A stretch of 32,132 nt of DNA, from positions 1 to 32,132 of the forward strand of contig JAAOMT010000199.1 of NCBI GenBank assembly GCA_016748015.1, written 5' to 3'. The translations under genes and the position numbers were made by a program. Position 1 is the first letter of the stretch. Every line of letters starts with the position of its first letter. Source of the stretch: Geosiphon pyriformis uo1 (lineage: Eukaryota > Fungi > Glomeromycota). Shown one piece after another: positions 1 to 10,447 of the stretch. The notes below the pieces were generated by a model. The model was not told the origin of the DNA, made no database searches, and saw nothing but the letters and a program-made list of their open reading frames with translations.

Positions 1-597
<597 letters not shown>

Positions 598-900
598 CCG
601 TGAAGTGGGGTAGCTATCTCCATGAGTTACTCCATTGAGTTTTCTATAATCCACACAAAAGCAGATTTTCCCATTCTTTTTTTAGACAAGTACTACTGGT
701 GATGACCATAAGCTCATTGATGGCTGAATTAGCCCATTGTCAAGCATTCGGTTTATCTCTTGACAGATAATCTCGTGGCTAGCTGGTGGTACTCTGTATG
801 TTCTTTATTTAATTGGCATTGTATCTCCAGTCTTGATCTGATGCTGAATAATGTCAGTTCAGCCAAACTTGTTTTTGCTGGCAAAGATGTTGTTGAAATT
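598..900 (-). pseudogene. reverse transcriptase N-terminal fragment (element 1)
   Basis: Minus-strand reading ...[34 protein letters not shown], the typical Gypsy RT start. Confidence 0.9.
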
Positions 901-1041
901 GTTGAGCAATATTTTAAGTTGCATATGTTGGAATGGATCTAAGTTTCCCATGTTCATTTGTTCCAATTATTCTGGTTGGAGCAAATAACATTCACTTCAT
1001 CTGTATATCATTTGTGATATAATATTGACATATCCACAAAG

Positions 1042-1384
1042 TTATGGAAAGTCTGGAATGGTGCTTGGTAGTTGATCCTCTATTTCAGTGCTTAAGTATC
1101 CAATAGTAGTTCTGGCTGGTATTACTATGACATTTCCTGTGTTATTGTAGATAAGAATTTTGATGTGGCTGTAATCTTTGGCTGGTATATAGAGATTGAT
1201 GAGTTCAATCTCTCCTGATTCATAAAGGGTTGGTTCTGCTTCAAAAATCTGATTCTGTTCTTTTACCTTCTGCTTTATCCCTATCATGTACTGGCCATAT
1301 GGTGGAATAGAAATTGTTTGACCTGTTGAGATAATTTCCCTTTGGTCAACAATTTCTTTTTCTGCCATATTGACTGGTATATCT
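1042..1384 (-). pseudogene. second, degenerate dUTPase-like / PR-RT linker domain (element 1)
   Basis: ISIPPYGQ...IKILIYNNTGNVIVIPARTTIGYL mirrors IKLEPHS...IIAILQND.EK.YIIEPNKKI of the preceding dUTPase but lacks the catalytic motifs. Confidence 0.55.
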
Positions 1385-1777
1385 ATTCTATTTGTCGATC
1401 CGAATCCCTGTATTCTTCTCGCTGTTATTCCTAATTCCTCTTTCTTTCTCACTGATACTAACTGAACTACTCTAACCAGAAGCAAAAATATTGCCTATCT
1501 TTTTATTGGGCTCTATTATATAGGTCTTTTCTAAGTCATTTTGTAGTATAGCGATGATATTTCTCACATATCCTGTGTCAATTATTCCTCCTCTTATATT
1601 AATCTCTCTTTTCACTAAACTACTCCTAGATGCTAATTGAACCATTGTTGTTGTTGGAATTTCCAGTGCTATTTTCAAATTAAAACAGATGCGTGAATGT
1701 GGTTCCAATTTGATGGCATCTTTTTCTGGATACCTCAAATCAAATCTGGCATCAGTATCATGCATGCATTCTGACAT
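1385..1777 (-). pseudogene. dut: dUTPase domain (element 1), frameshifted
   Basis: Motif 1 DARFDL, motif 2 SRSS, motif 3 GIIDTGY and motif 5 RRIQGFGST. Confidence 0.92.
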
Positions 1778-1789
1778 AATACCTTTGTT

Positions 1790-2950
1790 ATTATCACTGA
1801 ACTATTTTAATTCCAAATCTCTGGTCAGGTCAGGGATTGTAATATATTGTTCATATTTTAAATCAGAGTTTGAATCTGAGTTTGAATTATTGTCATTGTT
1901 ATCACTATTTTGAATGAAGCTGAAACTGGTGTTTTCATCATTATTATTGTCAGAGTTTGAATTGGGATTGAACAGTGATTCTGATTCCGATGTGTAGCTG
2001 CTGATTGGTTCCTTTTCCTCTGGGATTGTGTAGATTATGCAGATTGGTAGATTGTAAATGAGGTCACACTCATTATAATATTGAAAGTCACATGGGATCA
2101 AACAGTAGTCACATAATTAAGTGTTTAGCTGTGCTAACCACTCTTCCTGTTCTTTTTTGGTCAGTGCTAAATTTTGATAATGTTCGTAGAAGTCTTCTGG
2201 ATTGGTCTCAATGTTGAAAAAAGCATCTGGGTTGAGAACTAAGATAATGTTGACTGGTTTTGGAGGATTGTTTTTGATTTCCAAGATTTCGCTGGGTGTG
2301 GTGCTTCCTACTTTGGCGTTTGCCATCCACTAGATCTCGTTTTCATTGTGTAGGTATCCATCCAGACGAGAGATTGCTCAGTGCCAAGCAGCAATTATTG
2401 GCAACCATGACTTACCCAGTTGCTGATGAGGATCATGTACTGGCAGGAAGTGTCACACATTCCTCCTCGACTAGGAATGTTGTTTCACATTCCTTCATCG
2501 AGCAACTGTTTGCTGCAAGCAAGACATGGTTTGTTGTCCCACTTGCCTTGTTTTTTTGGGTAGCCATACTGTTTGCAGTGGCAAGGCTTGCAATAATAGT
2601 GGGTTTGCATCCAGTGATTTTTGTCTAATGCGACCCAAGCTCCCATGGAAGAGAGTTTCTTCTCACAATCTTTGCATTTAAGCAGTATGTGTGGTGGTTG
2701 TAGTAGTGGTTCATGGATAGAGTACAAACTTGTCTAGTTACTAGTAGTGTCTTTTGTTAATTCAGTTTCCTCTGATAGGTTGTCTTTTCTTTCTTTTCCC
2801 TTTTCTTTTTCTTCCCAACTTAGTGTAGGTGGCAAGTCATTTTGGTTGTTGTCAATCCAAGTGCCAATGGTGGTTTCCCAGGTATGTTCTTCTTTTTGCT
2901 TTCTTTTTTTATGGTCATCTTTGTTTCAAGTAAGTATGGACAGCAGTTTA
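1790..2950 (-). pseudogene. Cys/Trp-rich domain of unknown function plus acidic Ser/Asn linker within pol (element 1)
   Basis: CKDC..YYCKPC..GKWDNKPCLAC..CDTSC..RLDGYLH..CDYCLIPCDFQYYNEC; homologous blocks occur in elements 2 and 3. Confidence 0.75.
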
Positions 2951-3044
2951 TTGTGGTCGATGTCAGTCCACAAAACCTGATATGCTTCTCAGGTTGGTTT
3001 TTTTGTTTCCTCCTCAAGTTTGATTAGTGGTTGCAAGTTGGTTG

Positions 3045-3520
3045 GTTTAAAGTAACCACATACTGCTGGTGCTCAAGTATGTTGACCGTTTTGGCTTAGT
3101 TGGAGCTTTTATGTCATCCAATCGAGTATGGCATTTGTTTTGAATAGCCAATTATTTCCAACAAAAGCTTAATACTGAGTGGCTTCCATCACAAAAACTT
3201 TGATGGGTACTATAATGCCGTTAATTTTGATAGGTAGGTTGTCTATTTCGCCTATTGGAGTTTTGATCGCTTTATCAGCTGTGATGATTCTTGCACTGAC
3301 AGTTCACTCAACTCAGCAACCTAATTGATCCATGAGTTGTCTTGTTATGATGCTGCCAGCTGATCCATTATTCAAGATTAGTTTGATGGCATGGCCATCG
3401 ATTTTGGCATCCATATATATGGTGGTGATTGGCTTCTTTTCCAGAACTGCTTTACTGAATAATGGAATTTTGATTGTTTTTTCCAAGTCAAAGGGAAAGA
3501 TAGCCACAAGCAATTTGTCG
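3045..3520 (-). pseudogene. retropepsin aspartic protease (element 1)
   Basis: IKLILNNGSAGSIIT (D-S-G motif decayed to N-N-G), followed by INGIIVPIKVFVMEATQY*AFVGNNWL. Confidence 0.85.
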
Positions 3521-3729
3521 TTGGTGACAGTTGCTGGTAGAATGTTGTTGGTAAGTGCTTGTTGTTGGTTGGGTCCCAAATTGTTGATAGTGGCATCTTC
3601 TGGGGTAACTAGAAGACTTAAATAGTTCTGGAAATTTGGGTTTTGGGTAGCACTGTTACCCGAATTCCGAGAATGCGATCCTAATGGTGAGTTGGAAGAA
3701 CTGGAGATCAGTTGGTGGACAACCATTGC

Positions 3730-5816
3730 CGATCTTCAGTTTTGTGTGATTCTAGGTCTGTGGTGGCCTGATGTCATATTAACTGAATTTTGGGTGGTGT
3801 CTGAATTGATTGGAGTTGATAGATTACTTGTGGCTGCAGTTGATATATTACAGGTGGTTACAATTGATATATTGCTGGTGGCTGTGGTTGATAAACTGGA
3901 GTCTAATATACTGGTGCTTGGTAAATTGGCTGCTGTGTCATTAGCAGGTAAGTGTTTTGATATTGTTCCTGATTTTGTTGATATCTTGGAGTTTGAAATT
4001 GGTGATCAGAGTTTTTATATTGATTTCCCAATTGCTGGTGGTTATAAGCATTGCAGTTTGCTCTAATGTGCCCTTGTTTATCACAGTTGTGACAGACATG
4101 CGTCTCTGGCTGCCACTGCTGATTGGCTGATGTTGAGGAATGCACTTGATTTTGGGAACGATTATAGTTTCCTGAATTGCTGCATTATTGAAGTGGTTGA
4201 TAAATTGTACAATTGTCAGCTAAGTATTCTTCTAATTTCTGATTAATTGAATCACTGAATTGTTTCAATTTGGAGTTCAATTCAGATGATCTATTTATCA
4301 CTAGATTAATGGCTTGGGCGTGGTTGGCCTCAGACTCAGCTGATTCAAAATCTCTAGTGTGTGTGACTGCATCTTGAAGAATGCCTGAATGCAATGGGCA
4401 TACATGTTGCAAGATGCTGCTGTGCAGACCACGGATAAACTGGTTGAGGATCTGTGGTGCTGTGAAATAGTTGGCATCAATTGCCTGGATCTGGTGTAGA
4501 TTTCTATGGAAGCATCTTAGGTAAGTGATAACTGCTTCAGTTTCTCCTTGTTTCATGATGGTAAATGTATTGACTAGGTAGTTGATACTGTTATTGTTGC
4601 TGAAGTATCTTAAAAATTCCACTTTGAAGGCATTAAAGTCTTGTGGTTTATTGATCAAGCTCTGATACCATGAATTGGCAGTATCTTTGAGAAAATAGAA
4701 AATGGTTTGCATTGCTTGGGCATCATTTCATCCATTGGCTGTGATGGCTTTTTCCACATCATTCAGCCATACTTAAGCATTGTCCTCTTCGCTAGTAAAA
4801 TTATCCAGTTTCGCAATTGGTGCGTAGGCCATTGGATCTAAGTTGAGTAGTTGTGGTGGCTGTTGAAGCAGTTGTTGATTTTGTTGAGATGGTAATTGAA
4901 GTGGCTGCTGTATGGGTTTGGCTATTGGATCAATTGGTGGTTAATCAATAATGATTACCAGTAAGTTTGGTTGATTAATTAGATTGGGGTTTCGATTATC
5001 TTGAGTTGGCAGTGTCTGAATATTCGGAGTTTCAACTTCTGAATTTACTGAATTTAAATTTTGCTGGTTCTGAAGATTCGGGGTTTCAAATTCCAGATTT
5101 TCAGTGATCAGGTTCTGGTAAGTAAATTCTTGATCCTCAGTTTTTTCTTCTTCCTCTTTTTCTGATTCCGTTACCTCCCACAAATCAGAAATTCCAAAAT
5201 CTGGTAGAGGTGGCAGTGATTGAATTTCTGATGGTGTTGGTAATTGTGATTTAAATCTCTCGAAATATTTGCTGTATGGTCCTAATAACTCTGCTTTTTT
5301 TTATTTACTTTGGAATGGGAATTGCCCAAATGTTGATGTTACATTTGGTGTGAACACACCTGTAGATAAAATATTGATAGTGCTTCCGGATGTGTAATGA
5401 TATGATAGATATGGTGGGAATTCAATTCTTTGTTTCTTCCAGGTTGGTAGTTGTATCTCTTTAGATGTTACTGCTGGTGTTTGTAACCTTTCTTTGCCTT
5501 TATCTGTGTAGGTGATAAGAAATTGTTGTTGAGTGTACCTTTCAATAATTTGGTTGATTTCTCTGATTATTGGTGTGAAACTATAGTTCCTTGGTAAGTT
5601 GGTGTGTTGGAATAATTCTGTGTAAAAGTTTTCTCTTGCTGTTTCAATGTTAACTGTCCCTCCTAAGCATTCAGTAATTTTGTCATTGATGTAGAAATTG
5701 AAAGCTGATTCGGCTGGGTAATGATTACTGTTTAATCTTAATTGTTGGCTGTATTGTTGAAACAAGGATTTCGCGAATCTTAAATGGTTTGCTCTTATAT
5801 TTTTTGATTCTGCCAC
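3730..5816 (-). pseudogene. gag: gag (N-terminal region, capsid, CCHC zinc knuckle), element 1
   Basis: Capsid-like FLKDTANSWYQSL...F.VEFLRYF...KQGETEAV..YL..F...NQFIRGL, and CHNCDKQGHIRANC (CX2CX4HX4C) near 4050-4095. Confidence 0.9.
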
Positions 5817-5859
5817 TTTTAGTTTTTTCTTGTTAGTGCTAGTTCTCTGTAAGATTATA

Positions 5860-5876
5860 CCTTACAGAAAGCACCA
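5860..5876 (-). promoter_or_regulatory. primer binding site of element 1 (TGGTGCTTTCTGTAAGG)
   Basis: TGG starts 2 nt after the LTR end TAACA. It matches the element 3 PBS (TAGTGCTCCCTGTGAGA) apart from transitions. Confidence 0.8.
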
Positions 5877-6140
5877 AATGTTACAGGTGATTCTTTGGGG
5901 TGTTAAGTGAATAACAAACCTGTAACTTGGTGTGCAAAGCAATTGGTGATGATGATAATCTGAAGGTATTTTATTTGAAGGTTTTCCAATCAAGTTCTTT
6001 GTATAATGGACAGAGATTCAATGGTAACAGTTTATCAGTAGTTTTGTCAATTGCTTGCTCAGCTTGATGGTTGATGATTTTCTTGGTATGATATCTTTCA
6101 TAAGTGTATACCAGTGCTGTTTCCTGATGTCAGTTTCTCT

Positions 6141-6253
6141 GTAAGTCCTTCAAAAGTAAGTATTGTTTAAGCAAGTTTATTCCTTCATAAGTTCTCCAAG
6201 AGTAAGTATTTTTTAAGTAAGTTTTATTCCTCCATAAGTCCTCCAAGAGTAAA
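6141..6253. repeat. 46-47 bp tandem repeat (~2.4 copies) inside LTR A
   Basis: RTAAGTYCTYCAARAGTAA at 6141, 6187 and 6234. Confidence 0.8.
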
Positions 6254-6524
6254 TCTTTTAATCAAGTTAGTAGACAACAAAGAAAATAAAGAAAGATAAA
6301 AGAGAAAATAAGAAATAAGCCAAAGTGATTTGCAAGTTAGTATCCCGTCAATAGCCATGATTAAGGGCTATTGTTCCAGTATGGTTAAGTATCAGTTACT
6401 ATCAACATGAAGTGTTGATAGTGAAAAATGAATTTGATATAGTAAATAATTATTTATTTGAGAATTGTGGTAACTAAGCTAAGAATTTTTGGTGTCCCTT
6501 CTGTTTTTTCTGCTTCTAATACTA

Positions 6525-6740
6525 CTGCTATATATACATATTTGAGATTCCTCAATTCCTCAATTCCTTGTAACAGAAATCCTGGAATTCCTGGAATCCT
6601 GCAATTTCTGATAAGAAGAATCCTGGAATTCTAGAATCCTGCAATTTTTTGTCAGAGAATCCTGAAATTTTTGGAATCCTGCAATTCCTCTAAGAGGAAT
6701 CTTGGAATTCCATATTTACTACATCTATATCTGATTGGCT
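6525..6740 (-). promoter_or_regulatory. LTR U3 promoter: CCAAT box, GGAATTCCAGGATTC/GAATTGCAGG repeat array, TATA box
   Basis: CCAAT at 6738-6734, repeats at ~6545-6712 and TATATATA at 6536-6529. The same order is seen in LTRs B, E and F. Confidence 0.7.
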
Positions 6741-6789
6741 AATATCTACTGACTAATAATACTATATTTTCTATATTCTATGAGTAACA

Positions 6790-6965
6790 ATAATATCATC
6801 GTACCAATTAAGATATTGGTCATAGAAGCCACCCAATACCAAGCACTTGTTGGCAATAACTGGCTGTCCAAAACCAACACAACACTCAATTAGAACACCC
6901 AAAAGCTCCAGATTAGTCAAAACAGTCAACACATATGTGTACCAGCCATGTGTGGCCACTTCAAG
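6790..6965 (+). pseudogene. protease C-terminal half (element 2)
   Basis: NIIVPIKILVIEATQYQALVGNNWLSKTNTTLN*NTQKLQI. Confidence 0.85.
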
Positions 6966-6969
6966 CCTA

Positions 6970-8185
6970 TCACTATAACATCAGCACCACTCATTGAGTT
7001 TGAAAAAGAGGAAAAAAAACCTATCTGGAAAGCCTACCAAGTTTTTTGGGCCAACATAGAACACAACGAACTACTGCCAATACTATTATGAGATGACAAA
7101 AAAAAGGAAAAAAGAGAAGAAGAACTTACCAAGGAAACCAACCAAAGTTATTGGGACAGTAATAATCAAAGCAAGCAATCACCAATTTGAACTTGGAAAG
7201 AGAAGGGAAAAAAGAAAAAGAAAGGACCAGAACCAGCCACTACTCCAACATATACTTCATATACTTACTTTTAACTACCACAATTGTATTATTGTCAACC
7301 AAAGCTTATATGCATCAATTGTGGCAAGAAATTGTTATTAATAAGTGCATGCTGTGGTAATGATGAGAAATACCTAATGACAACTAAATTTTATTGCCAC
7401 CCATGTGTCATTGAATGCTTTGTAAGACCAAAACAAATTGAAAAATGAGATAATAAGCTGTGCTTGGCTTGTGGAGAAACTTTTCTTGACAAAGGAATGT
7501 GAAATGACATTCCTAAAAAAGAAGGAACATATGACAAATTGTGTCAGTACACAATTCTCATAAACAACTAAGTAAAAAAAAAAATGCCCATAGACACTGT
7601 TTAAAGACGAGCAGTCAAGCGCTTGGATGGATGTCTACACAATGATGATAAAATTTGGCAAATGGCTCTTGCCAAAATTGAAGAAGTGTCACCAGAAGAA
7701 ATAAGGACAATTAAAAATAATCCTTCCGAGTTCATAAAACTTGACTGAGACCCAGAACCAGTTCTAAATCTCCTGGACCCAAAACAATTCCATGAACACT
7801 ATCAAGAATTAGCACCCACTAGAAAGGAACAAGAGCAATGATTAAAAGAAATAAACACAAGACTATGTAACCACTGTCTGATCTCATGTAACTTCTAATA
7901 TTGTAATGAGTATAACCTTATTTACAATCTACCACCACACATAATCTACACAATCCTAGAAGAGAAAGAACCAATCAGCAGCTGTGCATCAGAATTGGAA
8001 TCAATTTTCAATTCCAATTTAAACTTAGACAATGATGATGACAAAAACACCAGTTCCAGCTCTGCTCAATATGACAACAAAAATAATAGCAATTCAAACT
8101 CTGATTTAAACTCTAAACAATACATTGCACTTCTTGATCTCACTAAGCAGCAAGAACTGAAATAGTTCAGCAATAACAACAAAAG
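6970..8185 (+). pseudogene. Cys/Trp-rich unknown domain plus linker (element 2)
   Basis: KLICINCGKKL..FYCHPC..K*DNKLCLACGE..CQYTILINN..RLDGCLHNDDKIWQMALAK..LCNHCLISCNF*YCNE. Confidence 0.75.
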
Positions 8186-8189
8186 TATT

Positions 8190-8585
8190 ATGCAAGAACA
8201 TGTGCATAATACTAATATAGAGTTTGATCTGAGATATTCAGGAAAAGATTCCATCAAATTGGAACCCCATTCATGCACCTGCATTGATCTCAAAATAGCA
8301 CTAAAAATTCTAGCAACAACCATGGTTCAATTAGCATCTAGGAATAGTTTAGTGAAAAAAGAAATCAACATCAGAAAAGGGATAATTGATGTAGGATACA
8401 TAAAAAATATCATTGCTATGCTACAAAATGACTCAGAAAAAGCATATATTATAGATCCAAATGAAAAAATAGCACAGGCAATATTCCTGCCTCTGGTTAA
8501 AATAGCTTAATTAGTATTAATAGGAAACAGAGAAGAATTAAGAATAATAGCAAGAGAGATACAAAGATTCAAATCAATGGGTAGA
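8190..8585 (+). pseudogene. dut: dUTPase domain (element 2)
   Basis: IEFDL, ASRNS, GIIDVGY, KIAQAIF and a decayed motif 5 (REIQRFKSMG). Confidence 0.92.
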
Positions 8586-8930
8586 ATAGATGTACTAGTT
8601 AATATGGCAGAAAAAAAAATTTTTGACAAGGGAGAAATTATCTTCATCCATCAACCAATTTTCATTCTATCATATGACCAGTACATGGTAGTTATAGAGA
8701 GAAAAATAAAAGATATGGTGCAGATTTTTAAGACAGAAACAACACTTTGTGAATCAAGAAGAATTGGATTAGTCAATCTGCACATACCAGCCAAAAACCA
8801 CAACCACATCAAAATCCCCATTTATAACAACATGGAAGATATCATTGAGATATTGGAAAGAACTACCATTAGATACTTGACCACCAAAATTGAAAACCAA
8901 CTACCAAACACCATTCCAGACTTTCCACAA
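8586..8930 (+). pseudogene. second dUTPase-like domain (element 2)
   Basis: HIKIPIYNNMEDIIEILERTTIRYL; homologous to 1042-1384. Confidence 0.55.
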
Positions 8931-9099
8931 CTGTGTGAATATGTAGATATCACATCACAAATAATCTATGAATGAGAAGAATGTTATCTGTTCCAATCAG
9001 AACAATTAGAACAGATAAACTTGGGAAATCTAAACTTATTACAACATATGCAACTCAAGATGCTACTCAACAATTTCAATAACATCTTTGCCAGTGAAA

Positions 9100-9870
9100 A
9101 CAAATTTGGCAGAACTGATATTATTCAACACCAAATCAAAACTGGAGATGCAATGCCAATTAAACAGAAAGCATACAGAGTACTACCAGCCAGCCATGAA
9201 ATCATTCATCAAGAAATTAATTGGATGCTTGACAATGGATTAATTCAGCCATTAATGAGTCCATGGTTATCACCAGTGGTACTAGTCCATAAAAAAAATA
9301 GAAAAATCTACTTTTGTGTGGATTATTAGAAACTGAATGGAGTAACAAAAAAAGATAGCTGCCCAACTCCAAAGATCCAAGAACTTTTTGATGCTTTTGG
9401 AAGAAAGAAATGGTTTTCAACTTTAGATTTAGACAGTAGTTACTGGCAAGTAGCCATGAAATCAGAAGACAAAGAGAAAATGGCTTTTACAACACAAGAA
9501 GAAAATTTCAAATTCAAAATTATGTCATTTGGCTTAATGAATGCTCCAGCCATTTTCCAGCAAATTATGGAGATTGTCTATACTGGACTATTATAAAAAT
9601 CAGTAGTCATATATTTGGATGACATTAATGTGTTCTCAAAAACATTTGATGATCATTTGCATCATTTCCAACAAGTATTTAAAGGACTCAGACGAACAAG
9701 ATTGAAACTAAATGCCAATAAATGCTTCTTTGGCAAAACAAAACTCAAGTTCTTGAGACATCTTGTAAGTAAAAACAGCATTAAAATGGTTCCAAATAAG
9801 ATTGTAATAGTAAAGAACTTTTCAGTACCAACCAACTTAACAGAACTAAAAGCATTCTTGAGATTTGCTG
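9100..9870 (+). pseudogene. reverse transcriptase (element 2)
   Basis: SPWLSPVVLV, CVDY, FSTLDLDSSYWQV, MSFGLMNAPAIFQ, YLDD at 9612-9623 and KC.F.K..LKFLRH. Confidence 0.97.
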
Positions 9871-9989
9871 AATACTACTGCTGTTTTATCAAAGACTTTT
9901 CCAAAATAGCTCAACCACTACACCAACTTCAAACAAAGAACACCAAATATGAATAAACAAAAACTCAACAAGAAGCTTTTGACACATTA

Positions 9990-10412
9990 AAAAGAAAGTT
10001 TATTCAAGCCCCAGTACTGATCTATTCAAACCATAACAAGCCATTTATAATCACAACCAATGTATCTGGTCAAACATTGGGAGCAGTACTATCACAGAGA
10101 AAACTGGATGGAAGAAAACATCCAGTAGCTTACACTAGTAGAAGCTTAAGTCCAGCTGAAAAAAACTATAGAACTCCAGCACTAAAACACCTAGCTATCT
10201 ATTGGGCTGTCATCAAATAGAAAGAATACTTGAGTCAAAAGTTTGACGTATACACTGATTACAAAGAATTAACTTTAATTCAGAAACAAAAATTTGCAAA
10301 CGATCATCATGCCAAATGGAAAATAAAACTTTTACCATTTAATTATACAGTGCATTATAAAAAAGGAAAAAAAAACGGAAATACTAACAGATTGTTATGA
10401 ATAAGACAAATC
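9990..10412 (+). pseudogene. RNase H (element 2)
   Basis: FIITTNVSGQTLGAVLSQ..HPVAYTSRSLSPAEKNY..FDVYTDY..GKKNGNTNRL (decayed NADGLSR). Confidence 0.93.
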
Positions 10413-10447
10413 TAAAAATATTTCAACCCAAAAAAATATAACAAAAG

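Larger units (their letters stand above)
598..6789 (-). mobile_element. Ty3/Gypsy LTR retrotransposon, element 1 (5' LTR-PBS-gag-PR-Cys-rich domain-dUTPase x2-RT N-terminus; interrupted by LTR G)
   Basis: Colinear domains recognised in ORF fragments. LTR has TGTTA/TAACA ends. It interrupts the protease of element 2 at 6789/6790. Confidence 0.93.
5879..6789 (-). mobile_element. 5' LTR 'A' of element 1 (911 bp)
   Basis: Starts TGTTACTCATAG (6789) and ends CCTGTAACA (5879). Homologous to the LTRs at 15854, 17196, 22460 and 27043. Confidence 0.92.

Noticed and set aside
760-4066. Plus-strand ORFs (760, 1689, 2296, 2747, 2842, 3332, 3692) as genes or membrane proteins
   Set aside because: They are antisense shadows of the A-rich gag-pol strand with no independent motifs. 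The same applies to 6771, 8066, 9217, 11228, 11248, 12814 and the Lys/Phe/Ile-rich plus-strand ORFs at 23824-25346.
5817-6255. gag ORF starting inside the LTR and reading through U5/PBS (also ORF 16421-16636)
   Set aside because: The frame is nearly open in A, but the 46/47-bp repeats and indels between LTRs do not preserve frame. It cannot be supported from these copies.
6349-6373. Self-cleaving ribozyme at the conserved LTR hairpin
   Set aside because: No hammerhead core (CTGATGA/GAAA) or HDV-like nested pseudoknot is evident.
6545-6712. Heat-shock elements in the U3 GAA/TTC repeats
   Set aside because: Only isolated TTCnnGAA pairs were found; no clean three-unit nGAAn array with correct spacing.
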